Translations under genes and position numbers: made by a program
Assembly: GCA_964019335.1 (NCBI GenBank)
Contig: OZ025724.1
Location: 397,001-461,000 of the forward strand
Length of the DNA: 64,000 nt
Source: Diplonema japonicum
Taxonomy: Eukaryota > Protista > Euglenozoa: Diplonemea
Reading direction: 5' to 3'
The notes under the pieces: generated by a model
The model's database searches: none
Seen by the model: the letters and a program-made list of their open reading frames with translations, nothing else
What the model was told of the DNA's origin: nothing
In this document: positions 12,290 to 23,347 of the stretch, one piece after another
Position numbering within the stretch: the stretch's first letter is position 1
How the letters are laid out: each line of letters starts with the position of its first letter

Positions 12290-12964
12290 TCACAATATTA
12301 CCCTGTCGCGTGGTGGGGTGCTTTCAATGATAGCACTGAGCCGGTCGATGCACTCATTCTGGTTAAGGATGATCTGCTTGAGGGAGGCGACCTCCTCCGG
12401 TACGCTAGTCTGAGGTGTCAGCGAACGCTCGATAGAAGTGAGGCGTGTGTGGTTGTGCTGAAGAGCTCTGCCGGACGCCTCGAGGTCTGCTTTGATACGT
12501 TCGAATTCTGTTTGGATACGATCGCCTGCTGACGGCGTGGCATATGAACGCGACAGGACAGGAGTCTCAGATGGACACGGTGTTGCAGAAAGCACAGGCG
12601 TAACAGGGGTAAAGACAGATGGTGCCGGCGTCGCTATAGGCATTTCCAACGCAACAACATCAGGAGCTACAGGTACAGGGAGCGGGGACAACACAGGTGG
12701 CTGCACAGCGGCAGGCACCGCAGGCGGCGGCGGGGTTCTCTGCATCGATACCAACGCTTGCTTCCTCTTCGGCGTAAGCAAGCAAGGGCTCTGCTCCCCT
12801 ATCCTCCTCGTCACTCCATACGCTGGCTCCTTCTCTTTCCCCTCTCCTCCTTTCCCCAACCCATTTATCACTTTTCCCACCACACTGAACCCTTCCAACC
12901 GGTGCAGCTCTTTATCTTCCGCCGTCCGCTCGGTCTCTATCTCTTCCACCTCCACGGTGTACAT
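12290..12964 (-). CDS. Hypothetical protein, Pro-rich centre and C-terminal coiled coil
   Basis: 224-aa ATG ORF co-directional with neighbours, with an AG shortly upstream of the ATG. Confidence 0.6.
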   Translation of the reverse strand: MYTVEVEEIETERTAEDKELHRLEGFSVVGKVINGLGKGGEGKEKEPAYGVTRRIGEQSPCLLTPKRKQALVSMQRTPPPPAVPAAVQPPVLSPLPVPVAPDVVALEMPIATPAPSVFTPVTPVLSATPCPSETPVLSRSYATPSAGDRIQTEFERIKADLEASGRALQHNHTRLTSIERSLTPQTSVPEEVASLKQIILNQNECIDRLSAIIESTPPRDRVIL

Positions 12965-13236
12965 CGTGGGGCCTGATTGTGCTTAGGGGATGAAGTGGGG
13001 GAAAAAAGTGTTCAATATATATCGGAAGGCAGGGGTTCGAAATAAAGAAGAAAAAAAGGAGAAGAGGACACGGTCATTTCTTCCGCAACTTTCTTCCACC
13101 TGTCACATCCTTTGTGCAGATTATAACTTCGGTGGAGAACAAACGAAAAAAAGAATACTGCAAGTTAGGTTTGAGCGGCGACAAGCTAACAGCTCGACGA
13201 TACGCCCTGGGGCTGTGAACTTGTGTCAGTACAGAA

Positions 13237-13336
13237 GGGGACAACTGCCCATCAGCTGCTCAGCGCCTCATGTGAAACGGGTGCATAAGTTGCTTAGACC
13301 GCCTCGAGGCACTGCGCAGCGTCACACAGGCACCCC
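13237..13336 (-). promoter_or_regulatory. Candidate SECIS element in the 3' UTR of the selenoprotein gene
   Basis: Minus-strand hairpin: GUGAC (13325-13321) opposite UGAU (13254-13251) gives the non-Watson-Crick GA/GA quartet; 15-bp helix GCUGCGCAGUGCCUC/GAGGCGCUGAGCAGC with one mismatch; lower helices GCCU/GGGC and GGGG/CCCC. Confidence 0.6.
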
Positions 13337-13515
13337 TTAGTGCCCTGCACAAGCCCAGCCAGGGACCACCGGCTCCTACTCTAAAGATAGAAAAGTAAAG
13401 AGGGTCATGTGACTGTGCTGCACAGCGTCCCTCGGGAAACAAAAATTAACTAAGTATCCAGCAAAGAAAAAAGGGGAAAGGAAGAAAACCCATTAAACTG
13501 CAGCAGAGGTCAGGA

Positions 13516-14163
13516 CTACTGCTCATCATCACTATCATCCAACTTTGAGTCCCCGCAGGTGCAGCAGCAGCAGAACAAGCTAAGGTATCCCAGTGTTCTG
13601 GGCTTCACAACACCCCTTGAGCCATTCGCTAACGGCGTTCCCTCACTCCCCTTCGCTTTGATTTGGTTCCAAATGTCAATGATGTCGGGCCTCCCTGCAG
13701 CACCTCCCATAGTGCTGGCTGAAGGGACAACCTTCCAGCTGTACAGGACTGCCATCGACTTCAGGTCCATGAAGAACATAGCTGGCTGGACGCAGCCGTG
13801 AGGGTAGTACTTCTTGGAACCAATCTTCGGGTGCCACGGCTGGTCCTTGTGCGTCAGCACGGGAACCCCTTCAATGTACTTCTTCGCCATCACCTGATTC
13901 ACGATTATGTTCTCTGGGTCACCTAAGAGCTCCACCTCCACACCCCAGTCTTTCATTGTTTTCGTGCATGTCTCCTGCGGTTCGCTGCACACTCCGTACA
14001 CCTTCATCTTCCTCTTCGCCATAGACGCCTTCAAGCTTTGCAGCTTTTGGAAGAACGTCTTGCAGGCAGGTCACCAACCTCCCCTGTAGAACACCACGCC
14101 CACCATCGCACGCTCTTCCGTCAGCGTGATTTGTTGCTCCAACCAATCCTCCTTGTAACTCAT
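13516..14163 (-). CDS. AhpC/TSA (peroxiredoxin-like, thioredoxin fold) selenoprotein with a UxxC motif
   Basis: ATG at 14163 after poly(A); reads MSYKEDW...VVFYRGGW-TGA(14073-14071)-PACKTFF in frame with the downstream 172-aa ORF; TGA replaces the first Cys of the FYRGxWCPxC motif; Cys-cluster tail. Confidence 0.8.
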
Positions 14164-15210
14164 TTTTTTTTTTTTTTCCCTGTTGTGGTTTCAGTGTGGT
14201 GATGAACGAAGCGGGAGGGGGAGAGGAATGCCAAGAAAAAAAAAAGAAGGGAAACAAACAGAAATGAGACGCGTGAAGAAATGAGACGCGGAAGTGAGAG
14301 GATAAAAGAAACTATTTCATTGTCGTGATGTCCCCACTCAAAGAAATGGGGGGGGGGGGGGGGGGGGGGTAGGCAGGCTTCCCCCCTTTGTTTTTCGTTG
14401 TGCCTGTTTAAAAAAAACCTTTTTACCAACTAACATAGCTTCCGCGATTTAGTTCCATAAATTTTGACAAATATGTAATGTGTCATAACTAGTCCCGATC
14501 CCATCATTGCCGACTGCATAACACTGGGCAAGAAAAGAGAAACACCATACCATGCCCCATGTATCGAGATTTATTTGGCATTTATCAAAACAAATTCTTG
14601 ACTTCGAAGTACCGTGGCAACCACGCGACCTCATTAGTTCCAAAGAAGTGTTTCCTACCTCTTGTTTCCTACCTCTTGTTAACACTTCTTTGCCCCTTTG
14701 GACTCGAAATAAATCGCGGAAACTACTGCGGTAAAAAGATGATTTGTAACGCTGCCAAACATTTTTGTCATAGTTACAACAACAAGTGTTTCTATTCACA
14801 TATAGCAAGAGGAAAAAAAAGGAAAAAGAAATTGGAACGTTATTTGCCAACCACGATGAACGATGGACACAATGCACAGAGAAGCCCCCAAGAGACCCAA
14901 GGGTTTGGGACGTAAGGGTTGGGGGAGGGGAGGGTGGTGACCCAGCAAGCCTTGTGTGTGGGAAGAACACACAGGAAGTAGGGACACCACAAGATATTAA
15001 GAGAGAGCCAGTGCAGGGGAGAAAAAGGAGAGAGAAACTCATCACCTTTGCTGATGCATGCAGCACGTGTGACTCAATCACATCACATTCTGGTGTGTTT
15101 TTTTTTTTTTTTTTTTCTTTTTGTTAAATATCAGAGCATGTTCATCTCACTTTCCTTTCCTTATCTTTTCTTTCTTGTTTTGCTTTCTCTTTTTTTTTTT
15201 TTTTTTTTTT

Positions 15211-15377
15211 GTTACAAATATTTATCTTTCAAAAAATGATTTTATAACTATATGCAACTTGTGCCGAGCAAAAAACTTTCGCAGCTTTTTAAAAATCTTT
15301 TTTGCTCGTGCGAACAACAAAAAAGTAAAATGCCGCCGAAGACTGCCAAAGCGGGTGGAGAGAGGGTTGGATCACCC
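15211..15377 (+). mobile_element. Solo 5' fragment of the VIPER/TATE-like element
   Basis: Near-identical to 43518-43684, including the gag start MPPKTAKAGGERVGSP. Confidence 0.75.
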
Positions 15378-15412
15378 GCGAACAACAAAGACATATAGTC
15401 ATAAAGAATTAT

Positions 15413-15455
<43 letters not shown>

Positions 15456-15461
<6 letters not shown>

Positions 15462-17192
15462 CTCAACACCTGCGATGCCTGCTGCCTTGTCCCTTGCGAT
15501 CTGGGCAACCTTCTTCACAGCGGCCTTGAAGGCTGGACCCCTCTCTGTGTAGTAGGCTTCGAGGGCGGCCTCCATGTCGAAGGGAGGCAGGTCGCTCTTG
15601 GAGACGATGGGGAGGCTGAGGTAGGAGGACTTGATGTGCACCGTGTTCTGGGCCAACAGCTGCTTCCCCTCGAAGTCTTCCGTGAGGGGGAGCCCGTTGT
15701 TCGGGTTGGGCTGGAAGCGTGGGGCGTTCGACGATGACACTGAGAGGCGCACCCTGTGGCCCTTCGGGATGATGTACGAGGTGTTCCACATGCTGATCTC
15801 CACACCGTACACGGTCCCAGGAACCATCGGCTTCGGCGCCACCCCTCCTGTCGTCCCGTCCCTCCACCTCATCCGTGCGATCCCGTCGTTGATGAGCAGA
15901 GCCCGCCCGTCTGGGTACAGGTGCGTCAGCTTCGCCGTGAAGTCCGTGTCTGTCGCGTTGCTCTCCACCTCCAGCCAGGCCCGCAGGGGCCCCGTCATCA
16001 CCAGGTCCTCCCCCAGAGGGCTCGACGCGAACACCAGAACATCCGTCCGGTTCTGCTCCACCACCCGCTGGTCCATCGCCCCACACTTGATCATCAGGTT
16101 GTTGCCCCCTCGTGTCTCCACAGGCCTCGACGGGTCGTACACATAGGAAAGTGGCGCCTCCTCTGTAGCCTGCTGCTCCGACAGCACCCCTCCACTCCTC
16201 AAATAGTACTTCCTCTCCGTGAAGGACGGGAACCTCTCCACAGTGCTCCAGTAGTTCCCAGGCCCGCTCTTGTCCATGCCCCCAGATGAGTCCGCCGACC
16301 CCAGCACGAACAGCGTGATGCCCTTGATGCCTTCAGGGAGCGGCTTCCCCCCGAAGAGGTCGAGTGCCATTGAAATCCCCAACTCTGACTTCGGGCTTTC
16401 TGCCTCGTACACAGGGCAGCTCCACACGTCGCAGTGCCCACAAGGACCTACCACCATGTAAGTCTTGCTGGGCCCTTCATTGTAACAATCGTAGGCTGCC
16501 AGGTTGCCTTGCAAAAAGATGTCGTACCACCCGGCGAGCAGCACGGCAGGGAAGTCAACCAGATCAGCACACTTCCCTGTCATGTTCACGGGGTTCCACC
16601 ACTCTCCCGGGAATTCATTTGCACGTGCTTCATGTCTCAAAGCTGGGAACTGCCTGGGGAAGATCGCAGCAAGCCAGCCATTCGTGAGGGAGTCTCTGAA
16701 GGCCCCACCGGGGAACACAACGTTATGTGCAAGCATCGAAGCGAGCATCACGAACTGCTTCTTCAGCCACTGTGGCTTGTCCATCACAGAAAAGATGGAA
16801 CCCAGTCCGTCCGAGGAGACACCTGTTTGGTAGACGTCGCCGTTGGCCCAAGGCTGGCCTGCCAACCACCTGAAAGAGTCGTAGCTGTCATTACCTGAGG
16901 TCCTCCACAAGGAGAAGTCCTGACCTTTCGAGTCGCCACTCCCACGCATGTCTTGCCTCACTGCACAGTAGTCGGGGCCCAGTGCCTCCTTCATCGCCAC
17001 TACGATCTCCTCTGTCCCATGGTGCGTGTAGGTGCTCGTCTCGAAAAGGATTGTCTTCTTCGTGCTCCCCTTGTCCAGGTCGCAGTTGATCCACGTCGAC
17101 AGGTTGAACCCATCACGCATCGTGATCATCACCTTCTGCTCCTCGCATAATGCTGTGCACAGCAGCGCAGCCACAGCGGTCGCTCGCAACAT
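15456..17192 (-). CDS. Secreted CocE/NonD family serine hydrolase (peptidase S15-like), copy 1
   Basis: Signal peptide; 'MRDGFNLS', 'QDMRGSGDSKG', nucleophile 'GVSSDG', 'GWYDIF', C-terminal 'DTDFTAKL', 'GHRVRLSVSSSNAPRF'. Confidence 0.9.
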
Positions 17193-18050
17193 TCTTGTGT
17201 TCTACTGTGAGGCGCGTTGAAAGAGGTAAGAAGATCCATTAGAAAATCACAAAGGGCTATCATGGGGGAAACCGTAGGGGTAAAACAGTTCAGGTGTTCA
17301 AGTTGCTATAAAACTATTTATAAAGTAGCAAAAAAAAAAAAAAGAAAAAAAAAAAAAAAAAAAAAACTCAATCACATAAAAATAAGCAGGGGTGAGACGA
17401 AAAAAATATAAAGAAAAAAAGAGAGAAAAAAAAAAAGCAAGGGGGCAGGGACAGGGGACTTTTTTTACGTGTGGAAAAGAAGAAAAAAAGGGGGAAACTA
17501 AAGTTTTGTCCTGAAAGGGAAGTTTTTTTTAAGTTCCTTTTTCCAACCCCTCTTCCCTAGGAAAAACAAATCACAAAGAACGAAGGGGAGGGGGACAGTA
17601 CGGTACGGAAAAGACGCATTAACTTCTTCTTCTTTTTTTTTTCCCCCTTCTTCTTATCTTCTTCATCCCCTTTAGTACTATCTTTCATCACGCGCGAAAT
17701 GTTCCTCTTTTTTATTTGTTCTTGTTTCAGGCACAGCTAACACAATATGAGTGCGAGTGCCGCTACTGTAGATACTAGCAAAAGTCAGAGACTAGCGTCA
17801 CCCGTGCCAGGTTATCCAGCGGCCGAAGGGCGGGGGCATGATGAAAAACCAGGAGGGGGGCACAACATACTTTGTGTGTGATATCACCCAGTAAAAGGGA
17901 AACACACAAAGGGGGGAAACTAATAAAGAACACAAAAAAAGGGGGGGGAGAAGAGGAGGGAAAGAAATACACAATCAGAAGAAGAAAGAACTCGTGTTTT
18001 AATAAAATTGCAACAGGGCTGCCGAGGTCGAGAAGCGCAAGTGTGTCTGC

Positions 18051-21000
18051 CTACTCAGCAATCACATCATCGTCACCGACGTCGTGTTCCTGTGGTGGTG
18101 TCTGCTGCTGGGTGTGGTGGCTGCATACCTTTTGCTGTAGTTCGGCCTCGAGGCCTTCCGCCAAGAAGACGTGTTCCTGCAAAGGTTGTGTGTGTCATAA
18201 GCTTGCATACATATTCATTAATAGCGTTGCCTGTGTAGGTCGCCTTCGGTGCCTTCCTCATCTTAACGAACAGCAGGACGGTCCCTACAAGCACACACGC
18301 AGCCATCCCCCCGATCACCGCATACAGCACCCATCCCTTTTTGCTGTTATCATCTTCTGCAGGCTCCTCCACAGGGGCCTCTCCAGTGGTGTTTGGCGAC
18401 ATCGTCACTGGGATGTGCGTCCCAGGTACCGCCGTCTGCATAGGGGCGTAGGTCTCATTGTCAGAAAGTGGGGCCAGCGTGGAAGGCGTTACAGTCCTAG
18501 GTGCTGCAGTTGGAACAGTCGTGTGGGGCGGCATCGTCTCCGGGATGTGCGTGGACGGCACTGCTGTCTGCATGGGGGCGTAGGTTTCATTGTTGGAAAG
18601 TGGGGCCAGCGTGCTGGGTGCTACAGTCCTGGGCGCCACAGTGTTAGGAGCCACAGTGTCAGGGGCAACAGTGGTAGGTGCCATGGTGTCAGGTGCACCT
18701 GTCGGTGGTGCATTCGTGTGAGGCGGCATCGTCACTGGGATGTGCGTGAACGGCACTGCTGTCTGCATGGGGGCATGTGTCTCATTGTCAGGAAGTGGGG
18801 CCAGAGAGCTGGGTGTCACAGTCCTGGGCACCATGGTGTCAGGGGCCACAGTCTTAGGGGCCACAGTGTTAGGAGCCACAGTGTCAGGGGCAACAGTGTT
18901 TGGTGCCTTGGTGTCAGGTGCACCTGTCGGTGGTGCATTCGTGTGAGGCGGCATCGTCACTGGGATGTGCGTGAACGGCACTGCTGTCTGCATGGGGGCA
19001 TATGTCTCATTGCTAGGAAGTGGGGCCAGAGAGCTGGGTGCCACAGTCTTGGGCACCATGGTGTCAGGGGCCACAGTCTTAGGGGCCACGGTAGGAGCCA
19101 CAGTGTCAGGGGCAACAGTGGTGGGTGCACCTGTCGGCGGTGCATTCGTGTGGGGCGGCATCGTCTCCGGGATGGTCGTCGGCACTGCTGTCTGCATTGG
19201 GGCCACAGTAGGGGCTAAGGAAGAACTAGGCTCACTTGTCGGTTGCAGGCACGGCATAAGCTTCCCAGATTCTGTCCCTGCCACGCTGTGGTGCTGCCAC
19301 GTGCCATCCTGTGGGCTGCCATTGCCCGCCGCCCAGATAAAAGTGATATCTTTTGCAAACTCCATCGTGTAGGGCAATTCAGCTGTATCCCCTTGTGCTT
19401 GGAGGGGCCTTGCGAATATCACTGTCTCTGTGCTTGCGAAGATTTCATTCTTAGGAATCTGAGTTGTCTTTCCCAATTGAGGCCGCCCATTGCCCGTCCC
19501 ACTGAAGAAGAAGTTCAGGAGGCTAGGGTCAGTACGCTGGGCGTCATTCCATGAAGCAACGTACATGCTGCGTTGGCTCATCCCCGAAGCAACGTTGCCG
19601 AACCCGATGCCTATCCAGTCGAAGGCCCGGTCCCGGAAGCTGATTTCGAACTGAACGGCTGGCCGACCGTCAAGGATGCCTGACGTGTAGGACACAGTCA
19701 TGTAGTTGTTAGACATCAGTGGTGTCAAATAACCGCAGTCGGGAACAAATAGGCTCGGGCCTGCTGTTGGGAGGAAGTGCGGTGCAGTGGTCTCGGGTGT
19801 CTCTGTGGCCAGAAGAGGCGACAACGAAGGGATCAGTGTCATTGGTGCAGGCGTGATGCTGGCGAGGCAAGGGCCTGTGGTGCATGCAGGTTCCAGGTAC
19901 TGTCCACACCCACCTGCCACCTCGAGGATCTCTACAATGGGCTCAGGGCTATTGGGATCACAGCCGCCTTGGAGGATGTACTGAGCAATGCAAAGCTGTG
20001 CATCATCAGAAGCACAGTCACCATGGGGCGCAGCTGTCATGTTGGTCGTGTTGCAGTACCCGCCTGCAACACAGTCAAGAGTATCAAGGCATTGGCAGAG
20101 ACCCTTGGAGTCCATGGTGAGGTTCATAATTGGCTCATTCCCCGTCACATTCACGTAGTGGCTAGAGCACTGCTGGTGCATGACAGGCTTCGTATTGCAC
20201 TTTGGGATGAAGGTTGTGCTGAGGTCGCAGACCCTCATCGTGTTGCACTGCTCGTCGTCTTTCGAGTACCAGATGTCGCCTTGTGCCAGGCAAGAGTACA
20301 GAGCGTTGCCCCTAACGGCCCACTGGTTGTCAAAGCTCCACGTCTGGCAGTCGGTATCCTTCTTGAACTGGTTGGGACCGTCAATCAGGCTGCACGACTG
20401 GTCGAAGGTGTACATGAACTCCAAGTCATCGCATGTCATGTACTTGTGTTCGAGCTTCTTAGCTGTTTGGTTGTATGTCCTCTGGTAGATGGTCTCGTTG
20501 TGCGTCATGCAGCATGATGGTTTCGTGGGGTCGCTGGTGTCACAGTTCGCCACAAAGCTCCCCCTCCCAAACACCTCACAAGTCTTCTTCGCACAGTAGG
20601 TTTTGACGGAGGGAAGGTAATCGTTCTTTTCGCTCATGATCTCACCGTGGTCCACAAAGCACGATCGGTTCCCAGCGGGGATCTCCTTTGCCACACCGTT
20701 CAGATTGGCGCACATCTTGTCCGCGTCACACGTGGTGCCGTCCATGTCCGTTGTGACATGGTTCTTCGCACAGCCGGGGAGCCACTCTGCGATGTTGTCC
20801 TTGATGCAACTGAACATAGCGTCGCAGAGGGGTTTCCATGACGCTTGGGCTCCGTAGATGTTGACGAAATCACGCAGAGCTGCTACTTGGCATGCTGACG
20901 AGTCATCGCAGTCTTCTATGGTGCCGCACACTGCCGTGTTGTAACTGTCGGTGTAGGTGTCAGTCGTCGTGTTGTGCTTCGTGTCCACAGTGTTCCATAT

Positions 21001-22167
21001 GCACGCACCGCTCTTCCCGCAGTTCGCTGTGCCTCTCCTGTTGTTCTCGCAGTACCAGTCGTTGTACTTTTGGAAAGGCACACCGCAGGCGCCGTTTGCC
21101 TTATTGTCCTCCTCCAGCCACCACGAATCGGGGTCGATGTCGCCGCCAGCACAGGTCGCCGGGTTGCGCAGCCCGTAGTACGCGATGCGGTAGTACTTGA
21201 CGGAGAGTGCGGTGGCCGACGGGCACCAGTTGGGGTTGCAACTCTTATCGCAGTGGTGGCTGTACTTGCATGACGGGCAGAAGTCTGCTGCACATGTGAA
21301 GGACCCTGCGAGGAATTTGGCGCACTGCCCTTCACCGTACTGCTTGTCGTACACGTTGACACAATAGTCTAGGTTCAAGGCAGAGGTTTCTGTATTCCGT
21401 GTGAGCGGGATCATAGTTCCATTAACGTCATCGATGATGCCGATTGTGGTCCACTTGTCATTGTCCGAGGAGCGCTGCACCGTGAAGTAGACAGGGTCCC
21501 TGTTGGGGTGGTCATTAGCCGTCACGAGCTTGATGGACGAAATGGCAACTGGGGAGGCGAACTCGAAGTTAAGCATCGTGATTTTGGGGTCGAAGTACTT
21601 TGTGTTGAAATCGCCGTCCACAACCATAGAGGGCTCCTCCCCATCAGGGGTCGTACCGTTGATGGAGGCGCTGGGTGAGAGAACCGGAGCGCCGGTGGTG
21701 TCGAAGAACATGACTTCGGAGAGTTGGACGCCTGCTTCACGCAACCCGCTGGTAAGCCCGCAGGTGTCGACTCTGCACTTATCGATTTGCTCTGCTGTAG
21801 GAAGGGTGCTGCAGGTTTCGTTGCATGACAGGACACTCTTCGCAGCGCACCCACATGATGAGTTGTCGCACTGCAAGAACGCAAAGTCCAGCAGCGGCGC
21901 CGCTTTCAACGCGAAGGCCCTCCCACTGCATTCCCCAAACGACTTCGCACAGTTGAAGTGGATCTGCGTCTGCGGGGTGGCAATCCTTGCCTTTTCCTCT
22001 TCCGTCTTGTTCGCCATTTCATATGCGTACCTTGCAGCCTCCCACGACACACCCCTCGGCGCCAGCAGTGCCTGATGCATCCTCTTCAACCACACTTCCT
22101 TCTGCGGCGTGAGGTCGAACCCCGCGCATGCAGTGAGGACTGCAAGCAGTACCAACACTACTTTCAT
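18051..22167 (-). CDS. Large type I surface protein (discoidin/F5-8C-like, Cys-rich, DOMON-like, mucin stalk, TM); join(18211..22167, 18129..18176, 18051..18089)
   Basis: Signal peptide; 'DGDFNTKY..TANDHPNRDP', 'DWIGIGFG..FARPL..FIWAAG', TVAP repeats, TM 'WVLYAVIGGMAACVLVGTVLLFV'; two GTATGC..CAG phase-0 introns give an acidic tail ending at TAG 18051. Confidence 0.8.
18400..19215 (-). repeat. Coding tandem repeats of the mucin stalk
   Basis: Repeated 'APMQTAVP..HIP.TMPPHT' units with nested 15-bp TVAP(D/N/K/R) subrepeats. Confidence 0.85.
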
Positions 22168-22417
22168 ATTTTGTTTCTTGTCTTAATCCGATAGTCCTGA
22201 GTGTGATGGAATAAAAAAAAACCCAGTTTACAAGGACTAGTAGAAGCAGTCACGGCCATGTGAAGAATATGTCGAATGCGATTTGTTGCTCAAGTGGGTT
22301 GATATGTGTGGGGACCGTCAGGAGAACCAGAAGTTGCTCGAGAGGAAGCTGAAAACAGCCTTAAGACTGAACTATGGACGATTTCATTCTTGATATCGCG
22401 CCTCTCTCAAACGATAT

Positions 22418-22468
<51 letters not shown>

Positions 22469-23347
22469 GGCTTTTTTATAACTCAAAACAATAAAAGAAA
22501 AGATGAAAAAAGGCACATAACACATAATAAGCTATGAAATGGCTGATGGAGCAGACTGCAGGTTTAGGGCAATGAACCCCTTTCCTATAATGAATATTTT
22601 TAAATAAAAAAAAAAATAATAATACCTGTTCAGCGACAGCATTTAAGGTATGAGGCCGAAAACTCTTTACATCGTAGAGTGCTGCTGGACAGTGTGGCAC
22701 TAAAGAATGGAGCGTTGGCAGAAGGAGGAAAGAGACAAACGAAAAAAGAAAAGAAAAAGGTGTCCGACGTGCATCACACGTGTGCAGATTGCGAGTCCCT
22801 TTTGCTTCGGGTTTCTTGATCGCTCGATGTCTTCATAAAGTGCAATCACTTTATTTCAGTACAATGCCAATACAATCCAAGAAAACTGAAAAGAAGAAGG
22901 GAAGGGGGAATTCACTATGGGGGGGGTGTAAAAAAAGGACAGAGTTGTGTTGGCGCTTGTATGCAACCTGCTAGGGAGGTGCAGCAAGCCCACTTCTTTT
23001 ATTTTTCGTTTTTCTTTTTTTTGAATTGCCTTACCACGCCTCTCTTGGCGAGGACAACTACTAGATGGAGTGTTCGTTCACTTACTATGTAAAGTGAACT
23101 CAAGAAGAAGAAGAAGAAGAAGAAGAAGAGAAGAAGAGAACAGAACGAAGAAATAACAATGGACCGCAGTACCACGTTCCCTTCCAGACACGCACGAGAA
23201 CCACTTCCCACTTCAGCATAGGTAACAACTCTAAACGCTTGCAAAGAGAAGGAGAAAAAAAAAAGAAGAAAAAGCCTTATTGAGGTAATAATAGTACCAA
23301 GTTGACTTTAGACATTACAGGGGCCGAATGAGCACTCTCAAATATTT

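Noticed and set aside
13350-13410. Alternative SECIS starting at AUGAC (minus strand)
   Set aside because: No GA on the 3' side to form the quartet, and the stem is weak
13516-14034. 172-aa ORF with a TTG start as the real gene
   Set aside because: It lacks the redox motif; the frame extends through one TGA to an ATG at 14163
17872-19372. Long plus-strand ORFs over the mucin repeats, plus other antisense and poly-F/poly-K ORFs in the window
   Set aside because: Shadow frames of repetitive or GC-rich genes and homopolymer tracts, with no domain signal
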